From Malacoraja senta (Eukaryota), in contig CM075982.1 in NCBI GenBank assembly GCA_038087875.1, forward strand, positions 20,832,001 through 20,896,000: a DNA stretch of 64,000 nt, read 5' to 3'. Positions 1-10,560 of this stretch are shown here, piece by piece. Position 1 is the first letter of the stretch. The number at the start of each line of letters is the position of its first letter. Made by a program: the position numbers and the translations under genes. Below the pieces are notes generated by a model, which was given only the letters and a program-made list of their open reading frames with translations, was not told where the DNA came from and made no database searches.

Positions 1-99
1 TGAGGGAAGTCTGGATTTGTTAGTTCCATCAGATCCAGGTTCAGATTAACTGATTGTCATATTCATCAGGGTACAATAAAATTCCTTGTTCACACGAAG

Positions 100-2860
100 C
101 TCACAGTATACACACAGTAATGAAAAATACACGTTTAATACAATGACAAGCGGAAAACAGCTGAACAGGTGCACTCCGAGGTAGTGCAAAAAAAAGGTAC
201 AATAACTGAATGAGGTCGAGTAAAGAACAAGAATACGTGGCAGCACACCCAGAAAGGGGGGGGGGGATAAAAGAGATGTTTTGGGAGACTGATAACAGTG
301 AGGAAGAAGCTGTGCTTCAGTCTGGATGCCAGAGCTATCAACTTGCGGTACCTACTTATTGAAGAGAGAAAAAGGAATGGCCAGAGCCTTGACAATACTT
401 CTGTCATTCCCGATGCAACCCACCACGAAGATGGACTGGATCGAAGTAAGTGACGAGCCTGTGATGGACTGGACTGTGTTCACCACTCTCTGTAGGTTCA
501 GGCAGTTAAGAGCAGAGCAGTTGCCATACCAAATGAGATGTCCCTGTAAGATTCCTTTCTGTAGCGCATCTATAGAAGTTGGAGAGAATCCTCGTGGACT
601 TGTCAAATCTTCTCGAATGCCGAAGAAACGATCCCGAGTGGTCCAAGAAATCTTGCGGGTCATCAGGAATGCCAAGAGGCAATATTGGGACAAACTTGAG
701 TCCTACTATAACCACCCGAACACCCATCGACTGTGGCAAGGCTTCAAGACTATAATGGGCTACAAAGCGTAGCCAGGCAGAATCACTGGCAGTAGTGCGT
801 CCCTTCTCGATGAACGGCGTCACGGCGGCACAGCGGTAGAGTTGCTGCCAGAGACCCCGGTGCGATCCTGACTACGGGTGCTGTCTGTGCGTAGTTTGTA
901 TGTTCTCCCTGCGACCGCGCGGGTTTTTCCCCCGAGATCTTTGGTTTCCTCCCACACTCCAAAGATGTACAGGTTTGTAGGTTAATTCAGTTCAGTTTAG
1001 TTTATTGTCACGTGTACCGAGTCACAGTGAAAAGCTTTTGTTGCATGCTAACTAGTCAGCGGAAAGACAATACATATTTACAATCAAGCCGTTTACAGTG
1101 TATAGATACGTGATAAGGGAATAATGTTTAGTGCAAGGTAAAGCCAGTAAAGTCCGATCAAAGATAGTCCGAGGGTCACCAATGAGGTAGGTAGTAGTTC
1201 AGGACTGTTCTCTAGTTGTGGTGGGATGATTCAGTTGCCTGATGATAGCCTGGAAGAAACTGTCCCTGAATATGGAGGTGTGCGTTTTCATACTTCTATA
1301 CCTTTTGCCCAATGGGAGTGGGGAGAAGAAGGAGTGGCCAGGTGAGATTATGCTCATTAGGTGCGTCCTTGATTATGCTGCTGGCTTTGCCGAGGCAGCT
1401 TGAGGCATAAATTGAGTCAATGGAAGGAAGGTTGGTTTGTGTGATGGTCTGGGCTGTATCCACAATTTCTTGTGGCCTTGGATGGAGCTATTCCCAAACC
1501 AAGCTGTGATGCATCCCGATAAAATGCTTTCTATAGTGCATCTGTAGAAGTTGGTGAGAGTTGTAGGGGACATGCCAAACTTCTTAAGCCTTCTAAGGAA
1601 CTAGAGGTGTTGGTGTGCTTTTTTCGTTGTTGCTTCAATAAGGGTGGTCCAGGAGAAGTTGTTGGTGATATTGACTCCTAGGAATCTCAACTTCGACGCT
1701 GTCAATGCAAACTGGGGTATGTGTACCGCTTTGCTTTCTGAAGTCGATCACTAATGCCTTGGCCACTATCTAATTGGCGGTAGAAATATAAATTGTCCCT
1801 AGTGTGTGTAGGATATTCATTGATTATTGCTCTGCTTTCAAAACCATTATCCCAACCAAGCTCATCTCCAAACTCGAGGAACTTGGAGTCAGCACTTCCC
1901 TCTGCAATTGGATCCTTGACTTCCTGACCAACAAACCACAATCAGTGAGGATAGAAGACAAATCATTCTCCATGATAATTCTCAACACTGGTGCCCCGCA
2001 AAGATCCATTCTCAGCCCCTATAATAATACTGCTTATACACTGACGACTGTGCAATCAAATACCAATTCAACTCACAGTCAAATACCAATTCAAGTTTGC
2101 AGACCACACTACCGTCGAGGGACAGATATCTAATAAGTACAGAAAATACATTGTGAACCTTGTAACTTGGTGTCAAGACACCAACCTCCCCCTCAATGTC
2201 AGCAAGACAAAGGAGACTTAGTGATAGACTTCAGGAAGTAAAGCAGTAGAAGTGCCCCAGTCTATAGTGATAGTGCCGCCGCAGATATGATCAAAAGCTT
2301 TAAGTTCCTAGGACTGAATACCACCAGCAATTTGCCCTGGACTAGCCACATTGAAGCTATGACCAGGAAAGCACACCAATACCTCTACTTCCTTAGAAAA
2401 CTTAGGAAGTTTGGCATTTCTCCAACAATCCTCACCAACTTCTACATATGCGGTGCAAAGAGCATCTCATTGGGATGTATCACAGCCTGGTTTGGGAACA
2501 GCTCCATCCAAGACAGCAAGAAATTACAGAGAGTTCTCTCATTACAATGAGAGAAACACATTGTCACATAAACCAGCCTCTCTTCCATTGACTCCATCTG
2601 CACTTCATGCTGCTTCGGTAAGGCCACCAGCATAATGAAGGACCAGTCTCACCCTGGTCACTCCCTCTTTGCTCCTCTCCCACCAGGCAGGAGGTACAGA
2701 AGTTTGAAAAGGTTCAGGCACAGTTTCTTCCCAGCTGTTATCAGGCAACTACATGGTTCTCTCATCAGCTAAAGTGTAGTCCTGACCTTGCATCTACCAC
2801 ATTGGAGATCTTTAAACCTCTGTGCATGTGATAATAATAAACTAGACTAAACTAAAAGTA
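100..2860. mobile_element. Cluster of degenerate Rex1/Babar-like LINE fragments on both strands
   Basis: ORF remnants [46 protein letters not shown] and FKFLGLN..LYFLRKLRKFG, with frameshifts. Confidence 0.8.
817..985 (+). mobile_element. tRNA-derived SINE (HE1/V-SINE-like), 5' part
   Basis: A/B-box-like head ggcacagcggtagagttgctgcc...gatcctgactacgggtgctgtc plus the V-core ggtttcctcccacactccaaag. Confidence 0.75.
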
Positions 2861-2999
2861 AATACATTTACCTGCATATGATCATTGCATGAGTGTGAAG
2901 GGACCACATTAGGTTGCTGGTGACATGGATGCGCCAGAACTTCAAACTGTCAAACATTTCTATAGCAGCTCCGTTGAAGTGAACAGAAATGTGCTCATT

Positions 3000-3210
3000 C
3001 CCTAATTTCTTGAGGTCAACAACCAACTCTTTTAGCTTGAGGAGAGATACAAAATGCTGGAGCAACTCAACGGGGCAGGCAGCATCTCTGGAGAAATGGA
3101 ATAGGTGACATTTTGGGTTGGAGCCCTTCATCTGAAACCCGTTGAATTTCTCCAACATTTTGTGTCTATCTTCGGTATAAACCAGCATCTGCAATTCCTT
3201 TCTACATAGC
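3000..3210. mobile_element. Penelope-derived inverted-repeat element
   Basis: aaaatgctggagcaactcaacggggcaggcagcatc motif, shared with the many copies in the window. Confidence 0.6.
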
Positions 3211-3289
3211 TGTTTTGTCTTGCCACACCAGGGGTCAACTGCTGGAGCTCCGACCACCCCGACCAGCTGGCTATGCCAGGGTTCCATCA

Positions 3290-4750
3290 GAAATCCTTAA
3301 GGAACTGAGGAGGAAATGAGACAGGGCAAGGACAACTACAGGAGCTGAAACCTCAGCAGAACAACATGAGGGATGTTCAACAACATGAGCATTACAGGCT
3401 ACAAGAAGACCAGTGGCCTGGGGAGGGAAAGCAATCTGGACTGGGCCAATGGGCTAAACCTGTTTTTTAATAGATTTGATGGAGGGGCATCTGCCCACCC
3501 TCCCCCCTGCTCCCTGACAGACTCTCCCCCTCAATCCCCCTAGTCCACTTCCTCTGCTCTTTCTTTGTCGCTCCTGTCCATCAAGGCTGAGCAGGTGAGG
3601 ATGGAGCTGAGCAGACTCCGCCCAGGCAAAGCCACCAGTCCCACTGGTGTCAGCCCTGGGTTACTCAGGATGTGTGCCAGGCAGTTGTGTGGAATACTCC
3701 AGCATATCTTCAACCTGAGCTTGAGCCTGGAGAGGGTTCCTGTGATGTGGAAGAGATACTGCCTGGTTTCTGTACCAAAGAGGACGCGCCCCAGCTCCTC
3801 CAATGACTACAGACTGGTGGCGCTGACTTCACACATCATGAAGTCACTGGAGAGCATGGTGCTTACTCACCTGCGATCGCTGGTTAAACCCTACTTGGAC
3901 CCACTGCAGTTCACTTACCAAACAAAGATGGGGGTTGAGGATGCCATCATCCACCTGCTCCATCGTTCCTATGCTCACCTGGATAAACCAGGAAGTATTG
4001 TGTCATGTTTTTTTACTTCTCCAGTGCTTTTAACACCATCTAGCCTGCACTGTTAGGGAGCAAACTGACGAAGATGCGGGTGGATGCTCCATTGGTGTCC
4101 TGGATCACCAACTACCTGACTAGACGACCACAATATGTCAGTCTACGGAACTGTGTCTCGGACATGGTGGTGAGCAACACAGGGGCCCCACAGGGGACGG
4201 TCCTCTCTCCCTTCCTGTTCACCATCTACACCTCGGACTTCAGATATAACTCGGGCTCCTGCCACCTGCAGACGTTTTCAGATGACTGCAATTGTGGGCT
4301 GCTGTGAGGGGAGGGAAGCTGAATACAGAGGTGTATCAACGACTTTGTTGAGTGGTGTGGGCTGAATCACCTGCAGCTCAACCCCGACAAGACTAAGGAG
4401 TTAGTGGTGGACTTTAGGAGGAGAGGAACATCCCTGTCCCCTGTCTCCATCAATGGTGTGGATGTGCAGTTTACCAGGGAGTACAGACACCTTGGAGTGC
4501 ACCTAGACAGTAAACTGAACTGGTCAAGGAACGCTAACGCCCTGTACAAGAAGGAACAGAGCCGGCTGTACCTTTAGGGAAGGCTCCTTCAACGTCTGCA
4601 GTAAGATGCTGTAGATGTTCTTCCAATCAGTGGTGGCCAGTGCCATCTTCTTCACTGTCGTGTGCTAGTACTTTAATTTCATGTTTCATGTATTTTGTGT
4701 TTTATGACTGTTGGCAGATCAATTTCCCTCCTGGGATAAATAAAGTTCTA
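3290..4750 (+). mobile_element. Rex1/Babar-clade LINE reverse transcriptase fragment
   Basis: NDYRLVALTSHIMKSLE..LDPLQFTY..VEDAI; GAPQGTVLSPFLFTIYTSD..FSDD; frameshifted. Confidence 0.85.
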
Positions 4751-4759
4751 TCATAATAT

Positions 4760-5700
4760 CGTAACATTTAGACCAAGGATGTTATCCTGACACTATGATG
4801 TAGGTTACCAATATCTTTCCTGTAGCCATCCCATCATTGTTGTTGATAAGGCCAACTATAGTAGGTAGACAAAATGCTGGAGAAACTCAGCGGGTGAGGC
4901 AGTATCTATGGAGCGAAGGAATAGGTGACGTTTCGGGTCGAGACCCTTGGTCAGTGGTATTATCCATGAACATGAAGACTGAGTTGGCATTGTACTTAGC
5001 CGCACTGGGTGTACAGGGAGTCATGCAAGGGACTGAGTACACAACCCTGAGAAGCGCACAACCTTGAGCACCAGCATTGAGGGTCATGGTGGAGGAAATG
5101 TTATGACCAATTCTAATCAATTGAGGTCTGCCATTCAGTAAGTCCAGAAACCATTTTCAGAGGGAGGCCCCAAGGCCAAGGTCCAGAGGTTTTGGGGACT
5201 ATCTTCTCTGGTACTAATGTTGTTAATGGTTGAGTTGTAGACAATGAATACCATCCTAACATATGTGTTCTTATTATCTAGGTGATCTACAGATGAATGT
5301 AGTGCGAGAGAGATGGCATCCTCCAATGACCTATTTATCCTCAATGCAAATTGCAAGGGATCTAGATTGACTGGAGGACTGGCACAGGCGTGAGCCATTA
5401 CCAGTCTTTAAAAGCACTAGATTATGATCAATTTTGGAGCTGCTGGGCAGGTCACTTTACTTTTGGTCAGGTCACTGAGGCAGGTCACTTTACTTTTCTT
5501 GGGGACTTGAATTATGGAAGTTTCCTTGAAGCAGATAGGGACAGAAGACCGTTGACGTGAGGGGTGGGAGATGTCGGCAAAGCCTGCGGCTAGTTGATTG
5601 GCTCATAATTTCAGAACCCATCCAGGTCGTCACTTTCCTAAGGTTTACCTCTGTAAAAAACTAGATCTGTCACCAAAATGTATGGGACAGAAGCAGCGGG
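4760..5700 (-). mobile_element. Degenerate LINE reverse transcriptase fragment, interrupted by a Penelope-derived repeat at ~4863-4948
   Basis: LDPLQFALRINRSLEDAISLALH and GAQGC remnants. Confidence 0.7.
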
Positions 5701-5739
5701 GATAGGTGGAGATGTGCCTTGGACCAGCTGGAGCTTCTG

Positions 5740-5895
5740 GTTACATTTCCTACACTGATCTGTCAGTCTTAGGCCTCCTCCATGGTTAGAGTGAGACCAC
5801 ACATAATCTGAAGGAACATCTCCTCGTAATCTGTATGGGTAATTTACAACCCAGTAGCATGAACATTGAATTCTTTAATTTCAGGTAACTTCTCT
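5740..5895 (+). mobile_element. Penelope-like element GIY-YIG C-terminal remnant
   Basis: Degenerate ...EHLLVICMGNLQPSSMNIEF, similar to the 20618-20800 ORF. Confidence 0.55.
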
Positions 5896-6290
5896 TTCCT
5901 GATCTACCCATATCCTGTCACATACATGTTTCTTTCCACTAGCCCATCCAGTTTCTTCCCCCTCCTCTGCCCCTCCTGGGTATCCTATACCATCACTTCC
6001 CTCCCCCCTCCGTTCTATTGTCCCTATCATCTCTCTGGTTCTACATTTTACTTCTCACCTTCCTTTATTTTCAGATTCCACCATCTGCAGATCTTTTTTT
6101 TCTCCTATCATGTCCCGTTTTGGTCACAGTCGATCTCGTCCCTCGCCCTGCTGACTCATCTGCCCATCAACCCCTGTTTACCTGGATCCACCCATCATTT
6201 AGCTGGATCCACCCCTCAGCCATCAGACTATTAAACTCAACAAACAAAAATCTGCACTTTAATACCCTATTGCACTTTATATGCTTATTT

Positions 6291-6292
6291 AC

Positions 6293-6334
<42 letters not shown>
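6291..6334. repeat. (GT)n(AT)n microsatellite
   Basis: Direct reading. Confidence 0.9.
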
Positions 6335-6339
<5 letters not shown>

Positions 6340-6792
6340 GGTATATGGACACACTGACCTGTTCTGTATTTATTTATGCCTACAATATTCTGTTATGCTG
6401 AAGCAAAGCAAGAATTTTATTGTCCTATCTGGGACACATGACAATAAACTCTCTTGAACTTGAACATATGCTAGCTCTTGCCCCACCCCTTTCTCACAAC
6501 CTCTTGGTATCAGTTGTCTCCTCTCTACTACTCCCGTCTGCAGAAGGACCCCAACCGCAAATGTCAATCGTCCAATTCCCGCCACAGGTGCTGCCTGACC
6601 TGCAGAGTTCCTCCAGCAGAAAGGTTTTTTTTACTCAGTCTTCTTTCTCCATGACTGTGTGTGTAAGACCCCGTGTCTATGTGTGACTGACTCTGTGTGT
6701 GTCTCTCTCTCTCTGATTGTGCGTGCTTCTGATTGTATGTGTGTGTGACTGACTCTGCCTGTGTGACTGACTCTGTGTCAAGTGTATTGGAC

Positions 6793-7022
6793 GGCAGACA
6801 AAAATGCTGGAGAAACTCAGCGGGTGAGGCAGCATCTATGGAGCGAAGGAAATACGCAACGTTTCGGGTCGAAACCCTTCTTCAGACAATCTGATGATGG
6901 GTTTCGACCCGAAACGTTGCCTATTTCTTTCGCTCCATACATGCTGCCTCACCCGCTGAGTTTCTCCAGCATTTTTGTCTACCTTCGATTTTCCAGCATC
7001 TGCAGTTCCTTCTTAAACAAAA
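6793..7022. mobile_element. Palindromic Penelope-derived element with back-to-back hammerhead motifs; 10-bp TSD TGTATTGGAC
   Basis: Inverted arms of ~90 bp; CTGATGA..GAAACGTT on + (6891-6918) and CTGAAGA..GAAACGTT on - (6857-6885); TSD at 6783-6792 and 7023-7032. Confidence 0.8.
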
Positions 7023-7323
7023 TGTATTGGACTGTGTTTGTCTCTGACTGTGTGTATGCCTGACTCTGTGAGTCTCTGACAGTGTGTGTGTGTATCTGAC
7101 GCTGTGTGCCACTGGCTGTGTGCGTGTGTCCCATTCTGTGTGTGGAGTCAGTTCCTGTCCCGGGACTGTTTATTGCCCTGTGCCAGGAAGGTGTGAACTT
7201 GTCTGGCGGCTCGGGGACGTCCCCCGGGCGGGGCGGGTGGGGGAGGTCCCGGCGGCCGCTTCAAAGCGGACTGGAGAGCGGCAGACACTCGAACTGGAGC
7301 AATCCACCGACGAGCAGTGCCCG

Positions 7324-7351
7324 ATGGACCGAGGCCTCGGGGAAGGGGGAG
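7324..7351 (+). CDS. SEBOX: SEBOX putative coding exon 1 (MDRGLGEGG+G)
   Basis: ATG at 7324 and donor G|GTGAGG at 7352. Phase 1 matches the exon 2 acceptor (G+AC = Asp). Confidence 0.6.
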
Positions 7352-9774
7352 GTGAGGTGGGGGTCTGGTTGGAGGGGGGGGGGTGATGAGGTTGTCGTGC
7401 GAGGGTGGAGGGGGAAGGATTTGACAAAATGTGAGAGCAGGGGCGAAGAAAGGGAGGGAGGGGTGTGTATGTGGTCGAGGGTGATGGGGAGAAGAGGGGG
7501 GCAGGGTGAGGAGGGGAGGGTGAGAGGAGGATGTGAAACCTTTGGCTGAGGGAGACACAAAAGACGGCAGAGGCTGGAATCTGGAGGAGCACACATCCAC
7601 CCGCTCGCTGCAAGAGCCCACTGTTAAGCAGCGTCTGTGGAGGCAGAGGGATAGTTGATATTCTGGGTCGTGACCTACAAGAGTATTGAGAGCGGAAAGA
7701 GAGATGGGAGTCGGGGGTGCGAGTCTTGGTCAGAAATGGTCGAAGAGGAGAGATCAAGAGAAACGGTGGAGGGAGGGTGGGGAAAGTGGGGGGAGAGGTG
7801 TGGGGGGAGGTGTGGGAAGGATAGTGGTGAGCTAGAGGTGTGGGTAGGGTCTGTGGCGAGAGGGTGCAGGGAGGTGTGGGTGGGATGTTGGTCTGAGTGG
7901 GGGGGATCTGTGGATGGTGGTGGATCAGATCAGGGTGACAGATGATTCCGCCTGACTCCCCCTTCGCCCTCATTTCACTCCTCTAGACACCAGGCCCCCG
8001 CCCCTATGTTTGTCCCGGACGGTGGGCCTGGGATGTGGGGGTGAGGGGCAGCGCAAGAGGAAGAGAACCATCTTCAGCAAGTGGCAACTGGGAGAGTTGG
8101 AGGAGGCCTTCGTGGTGACTCCCTACCCGGGCATCAGCCTGAGGGAGAGGCTGGCCGAGATCACCGGAATTGCCGAGGCCAAGATCCAGGTGGGTTCCCG
8201 CTGTACGAGGCTCTCCATCGGCTCTGTGTCCCGCGGAATGAGGGGGGTCCCGAGGGGACGTGACGGGAAGACGTGGTGATGTTTCTGCCGGTGAGAGAGT
8301 TTTGGAGAGGAGACAATCACACGATAAGGGACAGTCACTTTAAACTGGGGCGTGCAGGCACTTCCTGCAGCCGCGGCGAATCCCTGGGATGTTTGGGTGG
8401 TATTCATGGAGGAATTAGGGACAATGGAGAAGTGGGGGAGACATGAGGCGGGGCCTGGGGCAGACCAGCCGTGAGAGCATTGAATGGTAGGGCAGGCGTG
8501 AGGGATCAAGTGGCAAGAGTCAGGAGGGTGAGAAACATCCTGGACTTTATTCCATGATTTGAACACAAGAGCAAATCTCCCATAGCCTTCACAGTGTACA
8601 GTTCGGTCTCCCTATCCAAGCAAAGGACGTGCTTGTTACAGAAAGAGTGCAGTGAAAGTGCAAGAGATGAGGTCCTGGGATGGCAGACATGTCCCACTCT
8701 TCAAATAAACTTGCTGTTGTAAAGCGGGAGCGGGAGTGGCCAATTTGTACACGGCTTGATTCAACAAAAGCAATGTGATCATGGCTAGATTATCTCCTTT
8801 GCCGGTCGAGGAACTGAATGTTAGCTTAGCTATGGGATCCGCTATCCACTGCGTATTTCAAATGTTTTAATATATTATCGTAAGAATAAACATTTTATCG
8901 TTCTTCTTAATTGCAATGTGACCCCTGGTTAAAACTAGATTGCATTTGGAGGTTTTCCATAGTCCTCCAGCTCAAGAGATGAGATGGAGGCACAACGAAC
9001 TTGAGATGCTGGAATCTTGAACAAAGCACAACGTGATGGAGGAACTCAGCAGGTCAAGGAGCATCTGTTTTTTTGGGAATGGACAGGCGACGTTTCGGGT
9101 CAGGACCCTTTTTCAGACTAAATGTTAAAACTGAAGATTCAGTCTGAAGGGTCCCGAGCTGAAACGTTCCCCGTCCATTCCTTCCGCAGATGCTGCCAGA
9201 CCTGCTGAGCAATCTATGATCTTTGCTGCTGAGTTCCTCCAGCGCTGTGTATTTTGCTCCAGATGCCAGCGTCTGCACTCTCATGTCCACTTACTTCTCC
9301 TTTGTGGTTTTCCAGGTCTGGTTCCAGAACCGCCGGGCGCGATGCACTAGACAGGGCAGGAGGGTGAAGAGGTGCCCGCGGGGATGGAGCCCCCCTGCAT
9401 CCCGCTCAGCCCAGGCTCCGTCAAATAGCGGACCGGGCAGAAGGTCTATGTACTGTACGGCCGGTTTCTGCAGCACCCCGGTGGCGGGGCATGGACCCCT
9501 GACGCAGTATCACCATGCTCCCCACTGCGTGCAGCAGCTCACCAGGGACAAGCCCTTGGCCTTCGGTTTCCCAGCTCGCACCGTTCCTGGAGAGAGAGAC
9601 ACACTCGGATCTGGGAGTAAAGGGGCCAGGATGACTCCCTGTACGAAGCACAGTGACCAAGTCGTGCCACATCTGGAACCACTGCCTGAGGGCCAGGCCA
9701 CACCTGAAGCACACACATCCCTCCGCCACACCTCATACCTCATCTACAACGCTGCCATTGTCACCAACGAGTAG
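7324..9774 (+). CDS. SEBOX: SEBOX/mezzo-type paired-class (Q50) homeobox protein, ~229 aa; join(7324..7351,7987..8189,9316..9774)
   Basis: The homeodomain RKRKRTIFSKWQLGELEEAFVVTPYPGISLRERLAEITGIAEAKIQ|VWFQNRRAR is split by the classic PRD-class intron before VWFQNRR. The C-terminal LIYNAAIVTN motif is typical of SEBOX. GT-AG introns are phase-compatible. The gene sits next to TMEM199/POLDIP2 as in other vertebrates. Confidence 0.9.
7987..8189 (+). CDS. SEBOX: SEBOX exon 2 (homeodomain N-terminal part)
   Basis: Acceptor ttcactcctctag and donor CAG|GTGGGT; encodes GQRKRKRTIFS...EAKIQ. Confidence 0.9.
9316..9774 (+). CDS. SEBOX: SEBOX exon 3 (helix 3 and C-terminus)
   Basis: Acceptor gtggttttccag; encodes VWFQNRRAR...LIYNAAIVTNE*. 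Confidence 0.9.
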   Translation, partial: VWFQNRRARCTRQGRRVKRCPRGWSPPASRSAQAPSNSGPGRRSMYCTAGFCSTPVAGHGPLTQYHHAPHCVQQLTRDKPLAFGFPARTVPGERDTLGSGSKGARMTPCTKHSDQVVPHLEPLPEGQATPEAHTSLRHTSYLIYNAAIVTNE

Positions 9775-10431
9775 CATTTCCACCTCAGTATTGGACCTGG
9801 ATGGATCTTTTCCCTGGAGCAGCTCATACCAAAAGCAAACTCCTCTGTCAGCCTGGAGTCTCTTGTCCCTTCCAGAGATCACTGCACTCCTCCTCAAATG
9901 CCAGCCAGGAGCACCTGCCTTAACTGAAATCGGGTGGATACTGAAAGGCCCTCTTAACAGCAGAGTGGGTTGCAGAGCTCGACAGTGTCTGAGAACATCG
10001 TGACTGTGATCCAATCTCACACCAACGATACTTGAGCTCTTTTTCAACTGGTTCTCGGCAACTGTTGACCTAAGCTTGCCCATCTCCAGAGGTGACTGCG
10101 CTGTAACTGTAACAAGGTGGGGAGCTTTGTTAGGCTGGAGCCAGCCTCTCCCATCACACACTGTGGCTGTAGGTGAAGGGATGGGTATTGGGGAAAGGCT
10201 GGGGATTGGAGATGGGTCATAGGGGTGGATGGACATAGAGACTAATCTAGTGTAATGAGCGTCACTTTGTGGACTTGGACATTTTGGGTGATCAATGATG
10301 AGAGTGTGATCAACCTCTGCCTGATAGCAACAACATTTTGGTCCATGAATTGGGGTGGGGGGAGGGTGGCAGGAGTCTAAACATTCTGCTTTGGGGAATT
10401 ACTACTTGTTTATGTGTTAGGAAAAATGTTT

Positions 10432-10560
10432 AGGAAGGAACTGCAGATGCTGGTTTAAACCAAAGATAGACACAAAAAGCTGGAGTAACTCAATGGGACA
10501 GGCAGCATCTCTGGAGAGAAGGAATGGGTGATGTTTTGGGTCGAGACCCTTCTTCAGACA
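10432..10560 (-). mobile_element. Penelope-derived short element; 11-bp TSD GAAAAATGTTT
   Basis: TSD at 10421-10431 and 10561-10571. Confidence 0.7.

Noticed and set aside
7084-7973. Several long overlapping ORFs (up to 267 aa) in SEBOX intron 1
   Set aside because: Low-complexity G-rich/C-rich sequence depleted of stops; no recognisable protein.
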